Source of the DNA: an uncultured Ectothiorhodospiraceae bacterium | GTDB lineage: Bacteria > Pseudomonadota > Gammaproteobacteria > UBA9214 | Direction of reading: 5' to 3' | Assembly (NCBI GenBank): GCA_964564245.1 | Contig: CAZMAK010000001.1 | Location: 48,989-112,988 of the forward strand | DNA length: 64,000 bases | In this document: positions 9,308 through 18,400 of the stretch, one piece after another | Layout of the letters: every line of letters starts with the position of its first letter | Numbering within the stretch: the first letter of the stretch is position 1 | Notes under the pieces: generated by a model | Databases searched by the model: none | Told to the model about the DNA's origin: nothing | The model's input: the letters and a program-made list of their open reading frames with translations, nothing else | Made by a program: the position numbers and the translations under genes

Positions 9308-9701
9308 CCTCTCCGACCCCGGCCAGCGGCCTGACCCTGATTTCGCGTTGTACCCCGTTGTTATCGAGTACCACCCTGTCTTCATTAACGGCCATCAGCC
9401 GGTAACCATTGATTTCCTCTCCGATACCGACGATCTTCCCGCCGATATTCGCCAGTGAGTGCGGCCCGGCCAGCACAACCCCGCGCAGTTCCATGGAATC
9501 GTTACCGCCACCGGACTTGACACCGCCCCCGGCAGCGGCGGTTTGCGGTGGCACAAACGGGTTGATGTGCAGTTTCGTGTCGGGTTCCGACGCAAACCCG
9601 GCAAACGGCGGCAGCCACAGCGCCAGCAGCAACCCCAACGTGCGCCCGGCGGCCTGCCGGAACCGGTCTCCACGGGGCTGTTTCCCGCTGCGCTCAGTCA
9701 T
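9282..9701 (-). CDS. PilP/MshK-like periplasmic pilus assembly protein
   Basis: Signal peptide LGLLLALWLPPFAGFA. C-terminal beta-rich region GVVLAGPHSLANIGGKIVGIGEEINGYRLMAVNEDRVVL. Position between the PilO-like gene and the secretin. Start ATG at 9701 with GGGAGG RBS. Confidence 0.45.
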   Translation of the reverse strand: MTERSGKQPRGDRFRQAAGRTLGLLLALWLPPFAGFASEPDTKLHINPFVPPQTAAAGGGVKSGGGNDSMELRGVVLAGPHSLANIGGKIVGIGEEINGYRLMAVNEDRVVLDNNGVQREIRVRPLAGVGEDAKTSGTW

Positions 9702-10257
9702 CCTGCGCCTCCCGGTAGGAAACGATCGTGAAGGTGGCGACCACCCGCCGTGCCGTGTCGGCCGGCGGCCCCGCGGCAAGTTTGAACTGCTGGACCACCA
9801 CGTAGCCCAGTTCTTCACGCAAGTCCTGCAACCACTGGTACAGATCGAAGTAATCACCCGAAACCCGCACGTTGAACGTCACTTCCTCGAACACCTGCAC
9901 CTTGTCGCCCAGGCCGGGCGTCACGCTCAGCAGCTCGACATGATTGCGCCAGGAAATCTCCTGTAGCCGGCCGATGACGAAGGACTCCATCTGGTTCTTC
10001 GGCAGGTCGACCATATCCCCGTGCAACTGCCGGTTCAGCGTATCGACGCGGTCCTGCAAGCGGCTCATCTCGCCCTGCAGGGAATCGCCCTTGGCGGCCA
10101 CGCCTTCCAGCAGCCTGAGCGTGGCCAGCGATTCGCGGTAGGCCCTGGCCTGCGGCCACACGACGTAGCTCACCAGCGCGATAACCAGCGTCAGTGCCAG
10201 CGCGGACATCAGCAGCACGACGGTACGGGGCGGGACCCTTTGCAGGATGGCTTCCAT
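9694..10257 (-). CDS. PilO/MshJ-like inner-membrane pilus assembly protein
   Basis: Single N-terminal TM, coiled-coil, C-terminal beta domain. Gene order M-N-O-P-secretin. Confidence 0.55.
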   Translation of the reverse strand: MEAILQRVPPRTVVLLMSALALTLVIALVSYVVWPQARAYRESLATLRLLEGVAAKGDSLQGEMSRLQDRVDTLNRQLHGDMVDLPKNQMESFVIGRLQEISWRNHVELLSVTPGLGDKVQVFEEVTFNVRVSGDYFDLYQWLQDLREELGYVVVQQFKLAAGPPADTARRVVATFTIVSYREAQDD

Positions 10258-10907
10258 CAGTCTTTCGTCTCGTGCGTATTGACGGTCACGGCGAGATTGA
10301 AATCCACAAACTGGGTCCTGTCGACCAGCGTGGTATTGATGATCCGCACATCCTGGATCTCCGGCTGCCGGTACATGCGCCTGACGAATTCCGACAGCGC
10401 GGAGTAGTCTTTCGCCTGGCCATGGATCTGCATCCGCGTCTCGATCTTCCAGGCCTCGTTGCTCTGCTTGCCATCGGTGGCCGGAATGACGATGAAATAG
10501 CCGTTGCTGGCCGTCTCCGGCCTGTGCTCGACCACGCTCCCGGCCCGGTTGAAATCCCAGGACAGGAACCAGACATCGCCTTCCACCATGGCCCGGTCGA
10601 CCGCCTCGAACATGGCGGAGGCCACCGCGCCTCCGCGCAGCCCGCGCAGCAGCACCAGCCGGCTTTCCAGTTCGGCGCGTTTCCGGTCCAGCTGCGTGAA
10701 CCGCTCGCGCTGTTGCGCCGACACCGCCTGGCGCGCCTGCAGGCCGGCGATCAACCGTCCGGTCCTGATCGCCTGGTAATGCAGCACGCCCAGTGCCAGC
10801 AGCAGGACGACCACCGCCAGTGCGACCGCCACGCCAATATTGAGCGCCTTGCCCTGCAGCCAGATACGACTGCGATAGTCGGCGGGTATCAGGTCGATTT
10901 CAGCCAT
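10257..10907 (-). CDS. PilN-like inner-membrane pilus assembly protein
   Basis: N-terminal IDLIP motif (like the INLLP of PilN), then a TM and a coiled-coil. 8-nt overlap with the PilM-like gene. Confidence 0.6.
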   Translation of the reverse strand: MAEIDLIPADYRSRIWLQGKALNIGVAVALAVVVLLLALGVLHYQAIRTGRLIAGLQARQAVSAQQRERFTQLDRKRAELESRLVLLRGLRGGAVASAMFEAVDRAMVEGDVWFLSWDFNRAGSVVEHRPETASNGYFIVIPATDGKQSNEAWKIETRMQIHGQAKDYSALSEFVRRMYRQPEIQDVRIINTTLVDRTQFVDFNLAVTVNTHETKD

Positions 10908-12036
10908 TTTCGATCAGCCCGTTCATGGCCAGACCGGTGGCAATGGCGATCTCGGGGGAAGGCATGGCAACCGTCACCGGCTGCCTGCCGGCCGTCCGGC
11001 AAAACACCTGCAGCGGATTCGGAATGGTCTGGACCTCGAGCCTGATCAGCGAATTCAGCAGCGCGTCCACGCCGCGCCAGCGCGCCAGGCTGCCCAGCAG
11101 GTAGATACGGCCGATCGGTTCACCGCGTGTCTGTGAGGCGGCGTAGATCAGGGTGCGATTGATCTCCTCGGCGAGCTTGAGAAAATCCGGCTTGAGGATT
11201 TCCTGCAGTGTCACGGAAGTCTCGCGGTCGATCGTGCCGTCTTCACCGGCCCCGCCCTTTACCTGCGGGTCGAGGCTGTTGCCGGCAACCAGCCGCCGCA
11301 CCGGCTCGGTCTCCATGTCCAGCGCTTTGGCCACATGATCCAGCAAGCGGTTCTCGCCGAACCGGACCTCCTGGTCGAACAGCAGGCGCGCACCGGAAAT
11401 CACCGTCATGAAGCTCGACTCACGGCCGAAATTGATCGCCAGCACGTTCTGGTGCTCGCCGCGTTCCCCCATTGCACTGACCAGGCGGCGAATGGCGGAC
11501 GGCCCGATTTCCAGGTGTTGCGTCTCGAGTCCGCTCTTGCGCAGCAGCTCGAGATAGCGGATGACGCGTTCACGCGGGGCGACTGCGACGATCGCCAGGC
11601 GCTCCTCCATACCCTGTTCCGGACGCACCGGCAGATAATCGATCACGTAGTCACTCAGTTCGCCATCGAGCCGCTCCTCCAGAAGCTTCAGGATCGAGAC
11701 GTCGTCCGAGCCGCCCTCGGTAACCGTGTAGGACAGCGGCATGATTTTCACGTCGGAAGACGGCAGTGTCGTGACGATGGCCCGTCCGCGGAACGCATCC
11801 TGCCGCAGTGCCTCGCGCACCAGCGACCGGAACCGTTTCGGCTCGGCCAGCAGATCGTCCAGCGTCCCGGTATAGGGCAGCGAGGCGCTGGCGTGCAGGG
11901 AGATCTCGCCGCTGTGGTCCACGGCAAGCTGCACCAGGTGCAGGGCATGCAGTGCGCACTCCACGCCGATGAACCCGGTACGCCGCGCATTGGCGCCCGG
12001 GCGAACACGGTGCAGGACTTCTGCCAGCGCAGCCAT
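10900..12036 (-). CDS. PilM/MshI-like actin-fold cytoplasmic pilus assembly protein
   Basis: About 380 aa, the size and first position of pilM in pilMNOPQ-type operons. No TM. Confidence 0.6.
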   Translation of the reverse strand: MAALAEVLHRVRPGANARRTGFIGVECALHALHLVQLAVDHSGEISLHASASLPYTGTLDDLLAEPKRFRSLVREALRQDAFRGRAIVTTLPSSDVKIMPLSYTVTEGGSDDVSILKLLEERLDGELSDYVIDYLPVRPEQGMEERLAIVAVAPRERVIRYLELLRKSGLETQHLEIGPSAIRRLVSAMGERGEHQNVLAINFGRESSFMTVISGARLLFDQEVRFGENRLLDHVAKALDMETEPVRRLVAGNSLDPQVKGGAGEDGTIDRETSVTLQEILKPDFLKLAEEINRTLIYAASQTRGEPIGRIYLLGSLARWRGVDALLNSLIRLEVQTIPNPLQVFCRTAGRQPVTVAMPSPEIAIATGLAMNGLIENG

Positions 12037-12184
12037 TGCGGTATCTCTCCCCTTACCCCCGCGATTTCGCGTAGGTTACTGTCTTGAAAAAGGAATCCAG
12101 TACACCGTGATCGGCCGGGCAGGTGCGATCTTGAGGCAGTGTTGCGGGGGCATAAAGGGGGTTGCCCCGGGAAACGGCGACCGG

Positions 12185-13372
12185 TCAGGCCCGGCCCGAG
12201 CCCTGTGCGCGCGGCGGGTCAGCCAGCACCCGGCTGATGATATTGGCGGTCTGGTGGTGCCCGTCCTTGCGGGCCTTGGCGGTGTACAGGGCCTCATCGG
12301 CCTCGTGGTAGATATGTTCCTGCGAGTACTCGATGCCTGCCGGTACACTGGCCAGCCCCACGCTCAGCCAGATGGTCATGCCATTCTGCGGATTCGCTGC
12401 GCGCAGGGCGTCCTGGATCTGTTTCAGACAGGCGATGATCAGCTGCTCCGGCTGCTCATTGATAAACAGCAGCGCGAACTCGTCACCCCCCATGCGGATC
12501 AGGTAACCGTCATCCGCCAGCGCCCGGGTAAAGTGCAGGCTGATACTGCGCAGCACCTCGTCACCGAAATCATGGCCGCAGCAGTCATTGACGGGTTTGA
12601 AGTTATCCACGTCCAGATAGGCAAAATGGAAGGTCCTGTGCTCCGCGTGCCACGCCGCGGTTTTCTCCTCGAAGGTGTTTTTCAGGAACCGCCGGTTCCA
12701 GGCGCCGGTGAGCGGGTCCTTGTTGGACAGGTGCAACATCTTGCGATTCGCCTGCTCCAGCTCGTAACGGGTCTGCACTTCGGACTTGCGGATGGTCATG
12801 TTGCGCGTGACCAGCAGCAGGCTGATCATGCCGGCGCCGACCATGATGAACTGCAACGACCAGAGCGTGGCCATATCGAACCGTTCATAGGACGCCAGGG
12901 TGGACACGGTGAAGGTCAGGTAGATCAGGCCGGTCACCAGCAGCGCCTCGCGCAGCCCCCACGGCACCAGCGGGGCGACCATGAACAGCAGCGCCACACT
13001 GCCCAGCGTCACCTGGTTGAAGTCGCCGGTCTTGTGCGCCAGCAGCACGAAGGCCGTGCCACTGATCATCAGCAGGCTGGTCCCGAGCATGTACAGGGAG
13101 CTGGTATCGCGTGCGACACGTGCCGACACCATGATGTGCGTGGACAGCAGGGCAAGCAGGCCGCTGGTATAGACGGTGAAGTGCGAATACCCGAGGGCAT
13201 AGAACAGCAACGCGCTGGCACTGTAGATGCACAGCAGCACCACGCCCAGCATGACCAGGCCATGGCGGGTTTCCTCCAGTGTCACGCTACGAGCGTACAG
13301 CGCCACGTCATCCGAGTCGTAACTCGATGAAGACCATGACTTTTTCAGCATTTTTGACAGGGCGTTATACAC
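12185..13372 (-). CDS. membrane-anchored diguanylate cyclase (multi-TM N-domain plus GGDEF)
   Basis: RMGGDEFALL GGDEF motif with upstream NKDPLTGAWNRR. Six predicted TM helices N-terminal. Confidence 0.85.
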   Translation of the reverse strand: MYNALSKMLKKSWSSSSYDSDDVALYARSVTLEETRHGLVMLGVVLLCIYSASALLFYALGYSHFTVYTSGLLALLSTHIMVSARVARDTSSLYMLGTSLLMISGTAFVLLAHKTGDFNQVTLGSVALLFMVAPLVPWGLREALLVTGLIYLTFTVSTLASYERFDMATLWSLQFIMVGAGMISLLLVTRNMTIRKSEVQTRYELEQANRKMLHLSNKDPLTGAWNRRFLKNTFEEKTAAWHAEHRTFHFAYLDVDNFKPVNDCCGHDFGDEVLRSISLHFTRALADDGYLIRMGGDEFALLFINEQPEQLIIACLKQIQDALRAANPQNGMTIWLSVGLASVPAGIEYSQEHIYHEADEALYTAKARKDGHHQTANIISRVLADPPRAQGSGRA

Positions 13373-13524
13373 ACCACCGTTATCGGCAGTACGCCGTTAA
13401 ACCATAGCGGGAGAAGCGTGACGCCGAATCCACCTGATACGCAGACAAAACAGATACATGGCCGCCCAAGAGCCGGGCCTTCAGGATCGTTATCCGGAAC
13501 CGCAGGGGAGCGTTTCACGGACCT

Positions 13525-14427
13525 TCAGACCCCGATCGCGAAGCGCGAACCCGGATGCATGCCCTTGGAGCCGGGAAAGATGAGGTACATGACCCCATCG
13601 AGCTGGCATTCGACCGCTTCCCGGATGGCCGCGCACCGCGCGGCTGTCAGGCCGGTGGCCAGCCAGGCAAACTGGGGCACCCGTGACACGAAGGCGTTGT
13701 ACTCGTCCTCATCGGCCTGGCCGACATCGCTTAACAGCCCGGCAAGATGCACAATCGAGGCCTCCAGGGAATAGTCAGCCGATTGCCCGGGGGTATTGTG
13801 CAACTTTACCGGTTCCCACAGGCCTTTCGGCAGTCCCCACTGCTGCAGCAGGTCCCCGCCCAGCCGGGCATAATCAAAGCCGATCACCGCACCTTCCACC
13901 TCGTGCAGCGGGATACCTTCCGTCCGGGCACGCAGCAGGGCCGCCCGGGATTCGTCCGGAATCGACTGGTACATGACCAGGTGCCCGATATCGCGCAGTA
14001 GACCGGCGACGAACAGCCGCTCGCTATCCAGCATGTTGCAACTGGCCGCCAGCAGGCGTGCAGCCGCGGCGCAATATACGCTGCGTGTCCAGAAGGCATG
14101 CATATCCATCACCTCGATGGAAATGCCGGCAAAGGTCTGCGCCACCGAGGTGGCCAGTACCAGGTCGTGCACCTGCTGCGAACCGAGCATGCCGACAGCG
14201 CGCGAAATGGTTTCAACCTTCACGGAAAGGCCGAAATAGGGACTGTTGACCTGGCGCAGCAGGCGTGTGGCGATGGCCGGATCCGTACTGATGACTTCCT
14301 CGATGTCGGCGACAGCATAGTCGGGATCATCCAGCACCGCCTTCAGGCGTAGATAAACGGCCGGCAGCGTCAGCAACTGTGCCTTTGTAGTGACTTTTTC
14401 CCAGAGGCTATTGGTCGGCTGATCCAT
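13525..14427 (-). CDS. HDOD-domain signalling protein
   Basis: HDOD hallmark segments LPAVYLRLKAVLDDPDYAVADIEEVISTDPAIATRLLRQVNSPYFGL and LLRDIGHLVM. Confidence 0.8.
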   Translation of the reverse strand: MDQPTNSLWEKVTTKAQLLTLPAVYLRLKAVLDDPDYAVADIEEVISTDPAIATRLLRQVNSPYFGLSVKVETISRAVGMLGSQQVHDLVLATSVAQTFAGISIEVMDMHAFWTRSVYCAAAARLLAASCNMLDSERLFVAGLLRDIGHLVMYQSIPDESRAALLRARTEGIPLHEVEGAVIGFDYARLGGDLLQQWGLPKGLWEPVKLHNTPGQSADYSLEASIVHLAGLLSDVGQADEDEYNAFVSRVPQFAWLATGLTAARCAAIREAVECQLDGVMYLIFPGSKGMHPGSRFAIGV

Positions 14428-14488
14428 CAGTCGCCCTCCTTTCGTCTCTTATCGGCCACACAAGCGCAGTCCTGACCAGCTTGTTACC

Positions 14489-15419
14489 GGGTCGGACCTG
14501 TTTATCAGACTGATCCTCAAGCAATAAGTGTTCATATTTGGCTAAGGTATGGACCCTAAGCGTCGTTTCCAGGCTAAAAACGCAGTTTCAAGGAGGACAT
14601 GGATGCCTCGTGCACATCGCTATTTCCTGCCAGGCCATATCTGGCACATCACGCATCGCTGCCACAAGCGGCAGTTCCTGCTCAAGTTTGCGAAGGACCG
14701 CAGGGCCTGGGTGTACTGGCTCTATCAGGCACGCAAACGCTTTAACCTGTGCGTACTGAACTATGTTGTGACATCAAACCATATCCATTTGCTGGTTAAG
14801 GACACGGGGCGCGGAGAGATCTCGCGCAGTATGCAGTTGATTGCCGGGCGTGTGGCGCAACAGTTCAACCGACGCAAGGCACGCAAAGGCGCCTACTGGG
14901 AGGATCGCTATCATGCAACCGCCGTGCAGTCGGACGGACATCTGGCAAGGTGCATGGTCTACATCGACCTGAACATGGTCCGGGCCGGGGTGGTGGCACA
15001 TCCAGCGGACTGGGTGCATGCGGGTTACAACGAAATCCAGTCGTTGCCGAAGCGCTACCGCTGCGTCGATGTGGCAGCACTTTCCGCATTACTGGATTTT
15101 ACCGATGCGGATAGCTTGCGCGACGGACTGCGCACGCGAGTGGAACTGGCGCTTGCGAAGGGTAATCTGGAGCGCGACCCAGCGTGGACCATGAGTATCG
15201 CCGTGGGACAGCGCGACTACCTGGACGCGATCGGGCTCGAACTGAAGCTCAGTCATCCGGGGCGGAGGATTGAGGGAGACGCAGATCTATTATGCTTGCG
15301 GGAGGAACCGAGCAGTTATTCGAGCTAAAAAGTGCCAGAAAAGTATGGTCCAAGCTGAGAAATCAGTCGCTCAACCGCATTATGTGATTACTTATCAGGA
15401 TATTGGGAAGGTCCGACCC
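14489..15419 (+). mobile_element. REPtron-like unit: RAYT gene bracketed by inverted REP-like repeats
   Basis: Perfect 11-bp inverted repeat GGGTCGGACCT (14489-14499) / AGGTCCGACCC (15409-15419) flanks the transposase gene. The same core CAGGTCCGAC recurs in the 21-bp repeats at 23726-23747, 23875-23895 and 36807-36827. Confidence 0.5.
14603..15328 (+). CDS. REP-associated tyrosine transposase (RAYT; IS200/IS605-like Y1 HUH transposase)
   Basis: HUH motif NHIHLLV and catalytic-Tyr region GAYWEDRYH. AAGGAGG RBS 6 nt before ATG 14603. The track ORF starts further upstream at 14549. Confidence 0.8.
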   Translation: MPRAHRYFLPGHIWHITHRCHKRQFLLKFAKDRRAWVYWLYQARKRFNLCVLNYVVTSNHIHLLVKDTGRGEISRSMQLIAGRVAQQFNRRKARKGAYWEDRYHATAVQSDGHLARCMVYIDLNMVRAGVVAHPADWVHAGYNEIQSLPKRYRCVDVAALSALLDFTDADSLRDGLRTRVELALAKGNLERDPAWTMSIAVGQRDYLDAIGLELKLSHPGRRIEGDADLLCLREEPSSYSS

Positions 15420-15476
15420 CGTAATGCGCTCCGGGCTTTCTGCAGCAGGATGCGGCCAGCCCTTCCGGCGTTGCGC

Positions 15477-18400
15477 TCACGGCGTGCACTGGATCTGGAT
15501 GTTGTCGAACCAGACTTCATCAGCCCACCCCAGCGTGGAAGAGCTGAGCAGCCGGATGGCGGTCGTACCCGAAATATAGGCACTGATATCCTGGCTGAAC
15601 GACCGGTAGCCGTAATCCGTACCCCAGCCCTGGAAGCGGGTGAGTTCGGTCCACGGCCCCGCCGACCCGTTGCTGGACACCTGCAGGGCCACATAATCGC
15701 TGCTGGTATCCAGCTGGTTGCGGCGATACTGCAATGACAACGTAGCCGTGGTCGCACCCGCCAGGTTGGCCTCGCGCAGCACACCCTCACCACCCCCGTC
15801 GTTATCCCGCACGCGCAGCTGGTTGGTCCCCGGCGTGGCGCTGGCGGTCGAATCGGCCCCGACCCATTCATCACCCGACTGCGCACCGTCTGCCTCGTTG
15901 ACCTCCTGCCAGTCGCCGGTCCAGCTAAGTGTGCCGTCATTGCCGGAATAGTTGTGTGCATTGAAGTCGTCGCGGTAGGTGCCACTGCACCCTCCGCCAC
16001 CGCCGCCACCGCCACCGCCGCCACCGCCACCGGTCGGTGGCACCTGGTCGGCATCCACCAGCACGATACCGCGCGGACGGCTCAGGCCGGAGGAGACGAT
16101 GGTCTCCACGTTGCCGCCGTCGGGATCGGAGCGCTGCACCCGCTGGTTGAGCGCATCGACCCAGTAGATCCGGTCGTGGTCCGCATCGTAGGCGATGTCC
16201 TGTGGCGCGTTCAGCCCGGTCACGATGGTTTCCATGTTGCTGCCGTCGAGGTTGGCGCGCCTGATCCAGTCGTTGCTGGCCCCGCCGGTCCAGTACATCT
16301 TGCCGTTTACCAGGTCCAGCGCACTGCCGACGGCGCCGGTCGGCCCGGTCGTGAGCGTGGTCACGGAGCTGCCATTGACTTTCATGCTCGATACCCGGCC
16401 ACTGCCGAACTCGGTCAGGTACATCTTGCCTGCGGACTTGTCCAGGCTGAGATAGGACGGCCGGTTCAGGGTATTGTTGACGAGCGTGGCGCCGCTGCCA
16501 TCGAGGTTGGCGCTCATGACCCGGCTGGAACCGTTGTCGTGGGTCCAGTACATCTTTCCGCCGGCCACATCCAGCTTGATGTCGAAGGTCACGTAGGCAT
16601 CATTATAGACGACCTCGCTGTTGCTGCCGTCCAGGTTCGCGCGCCGGATCTGGTAATTGTTGGTCCAGTAGAGCTTGCCGTTGACGGTGTCGATATCCAG
16701 CCCGGTCGGGCGGTCCAGCCCGGTCAGTACATCCTCCACATCGCTGCCGTCCTCGTCCGAGCGCTGGATCTTGTTGGCGACATCATCGGTCCAGTACACC
16801 TTCTTCGGCGGGACGGCCGGCACTCCGTCCATGCCCCACTGGATGGCACGCTGCACCAGCAGGCGGCCGTTGTTGTTGAGGTAGTCCCAGTTGAACTTGC
16901 CGGCCCGCCCGACCGGGACCGAGATGATACGAGCAACTGCATTACCACCGCCGAACATCTGTGCACCGGCTTCGATGGCCGAGAGTCCGGTGGCCCCGTT
17001 CAGACGGCCTAACGCCTGCAGGCCCGGCGCCGGGTTGGCGGTGACGGTCGCACCCTCCATAGCGAGGTTCCCGAGCGGGATCACGCCGAGCGGGAACAGC
17101 GCGGTGATGAACTGGGTGTTATCGGCGATCCCGATACTGTCGGTGACGGTGTAGCTGCCAGGATCGGCCACCCCGAGATTATCGTACTGCTCGGCCGGTT
17201 CGGTGATGACGGCGATGGGCGCCCTTTTCAGCCGGTTGCCAAGCGTGGCATCCGCCACGGTGTTGGAAACGTACACGGCATCGTTAGCCCCCATGGCAGC
17301 ATTCATGGTGGACTGGTCGACTCCATCGTCGATCAGTGTCACCACGTAGCCCCAGGACTCGAACAGGGTTTTGCGGGTGATATCCGCGGCGGCGGGAGCG
17401 GCCGCGTTCCCGACCACCAGCAGCAGGCGACCGCTGCCCTGTGGCAACTGGCAGACCACCCCGCATTCGCAGGCAAAGGTCAGCGTGAGTTGCGGGTGCT
17501 GCGCCGCAGCGGGGCTGTCGCTGCTGGTGAAGTCGATATCGCCGGCATTGCCACCGCCCTCGCGTAACAGGAAACCAAAGTTGGGGGCACCATCCAGCCA
17601 GTCCTGGACCTGTGCAGTGACATCCCACTCGTACCAGCCAGGCGCCATGGTGGGCAGGGTTACGCTGTCAATGACCGCGGCATCATAGTCACCGCCGGGG
17701 TTATTCCAGGCGGTCAACCCATCGTAGCTCTGGTAGGTCACACCCGCACCGGGCGGTGGCACCTGGTTGTCAAAGCTGCCTTCCACCCAGGCATGGGTAA
17801 CCCGGTGCAGATCAAGCCGGCCGTTGGACACACCGGAGCCGCCTTCCAGGTACAGACCCAGGTGGGCATCGGTGATGCGCGCGCCGGGCGGCAATACCTC
17901 CAGCGCAAAGCGCAGCAGCACATTGCGGTCATTCTTGATGTTCAGAATGGAGGAAGCACCGAAATTCGTGTTCTTGTGGGCACCGGCCCAGACAAAGGCA
18001 TCCTGCAGCTCGGCACCCGGCTGCAGGGTCGCCGAACTGACCGGCTGATAGAGCGGAATATCGTTACGAACGATGGTGTAGCTGGCACCACTGTCCAGCG
18101 TACCGGTTGCGGTCACCGCGGCGCGGTTGGACAAATTGCCATCCGTATACCTGACCTCCAGGTATGGCCGGTGACTGGCATCGCTGTCTTCCTTGCTGGC
18201 GAACTCCGTGGTATCCGTGCCGAGCAGCGTGGAAGACACGATAAGTACGCCGTAGTTCGGCTGCGCGCCACTGACCCAGCCCTGCACCAGCGCGGTCAGG
18301 TTGACATCGGCATACTGATCCTGCGGCGTGCCGGCCGGGATGCTGGCGACCGTCGAGGCATCGAAACTGGTACCGATGCTGTTCCAGGTCACCGTGGCCT

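Noticed and set aside
10194-13330. Long plus-strand ORFs (10194-11045, 11335-12087, 11969-13330) opposite the PilM/N genes and the diguanylate cyclase.
   Set aside because: Same GC-driven artefact. The minus-strand genes carry clear motifs (IDLIP, GGDEF).
15979-16167. Poly-Pro ORF (MPLHPPPPPPPPPPPPPP...).
   Set aside because: It is an alternative-frame reading of the (GGN)n tract inside the adhesin gene.
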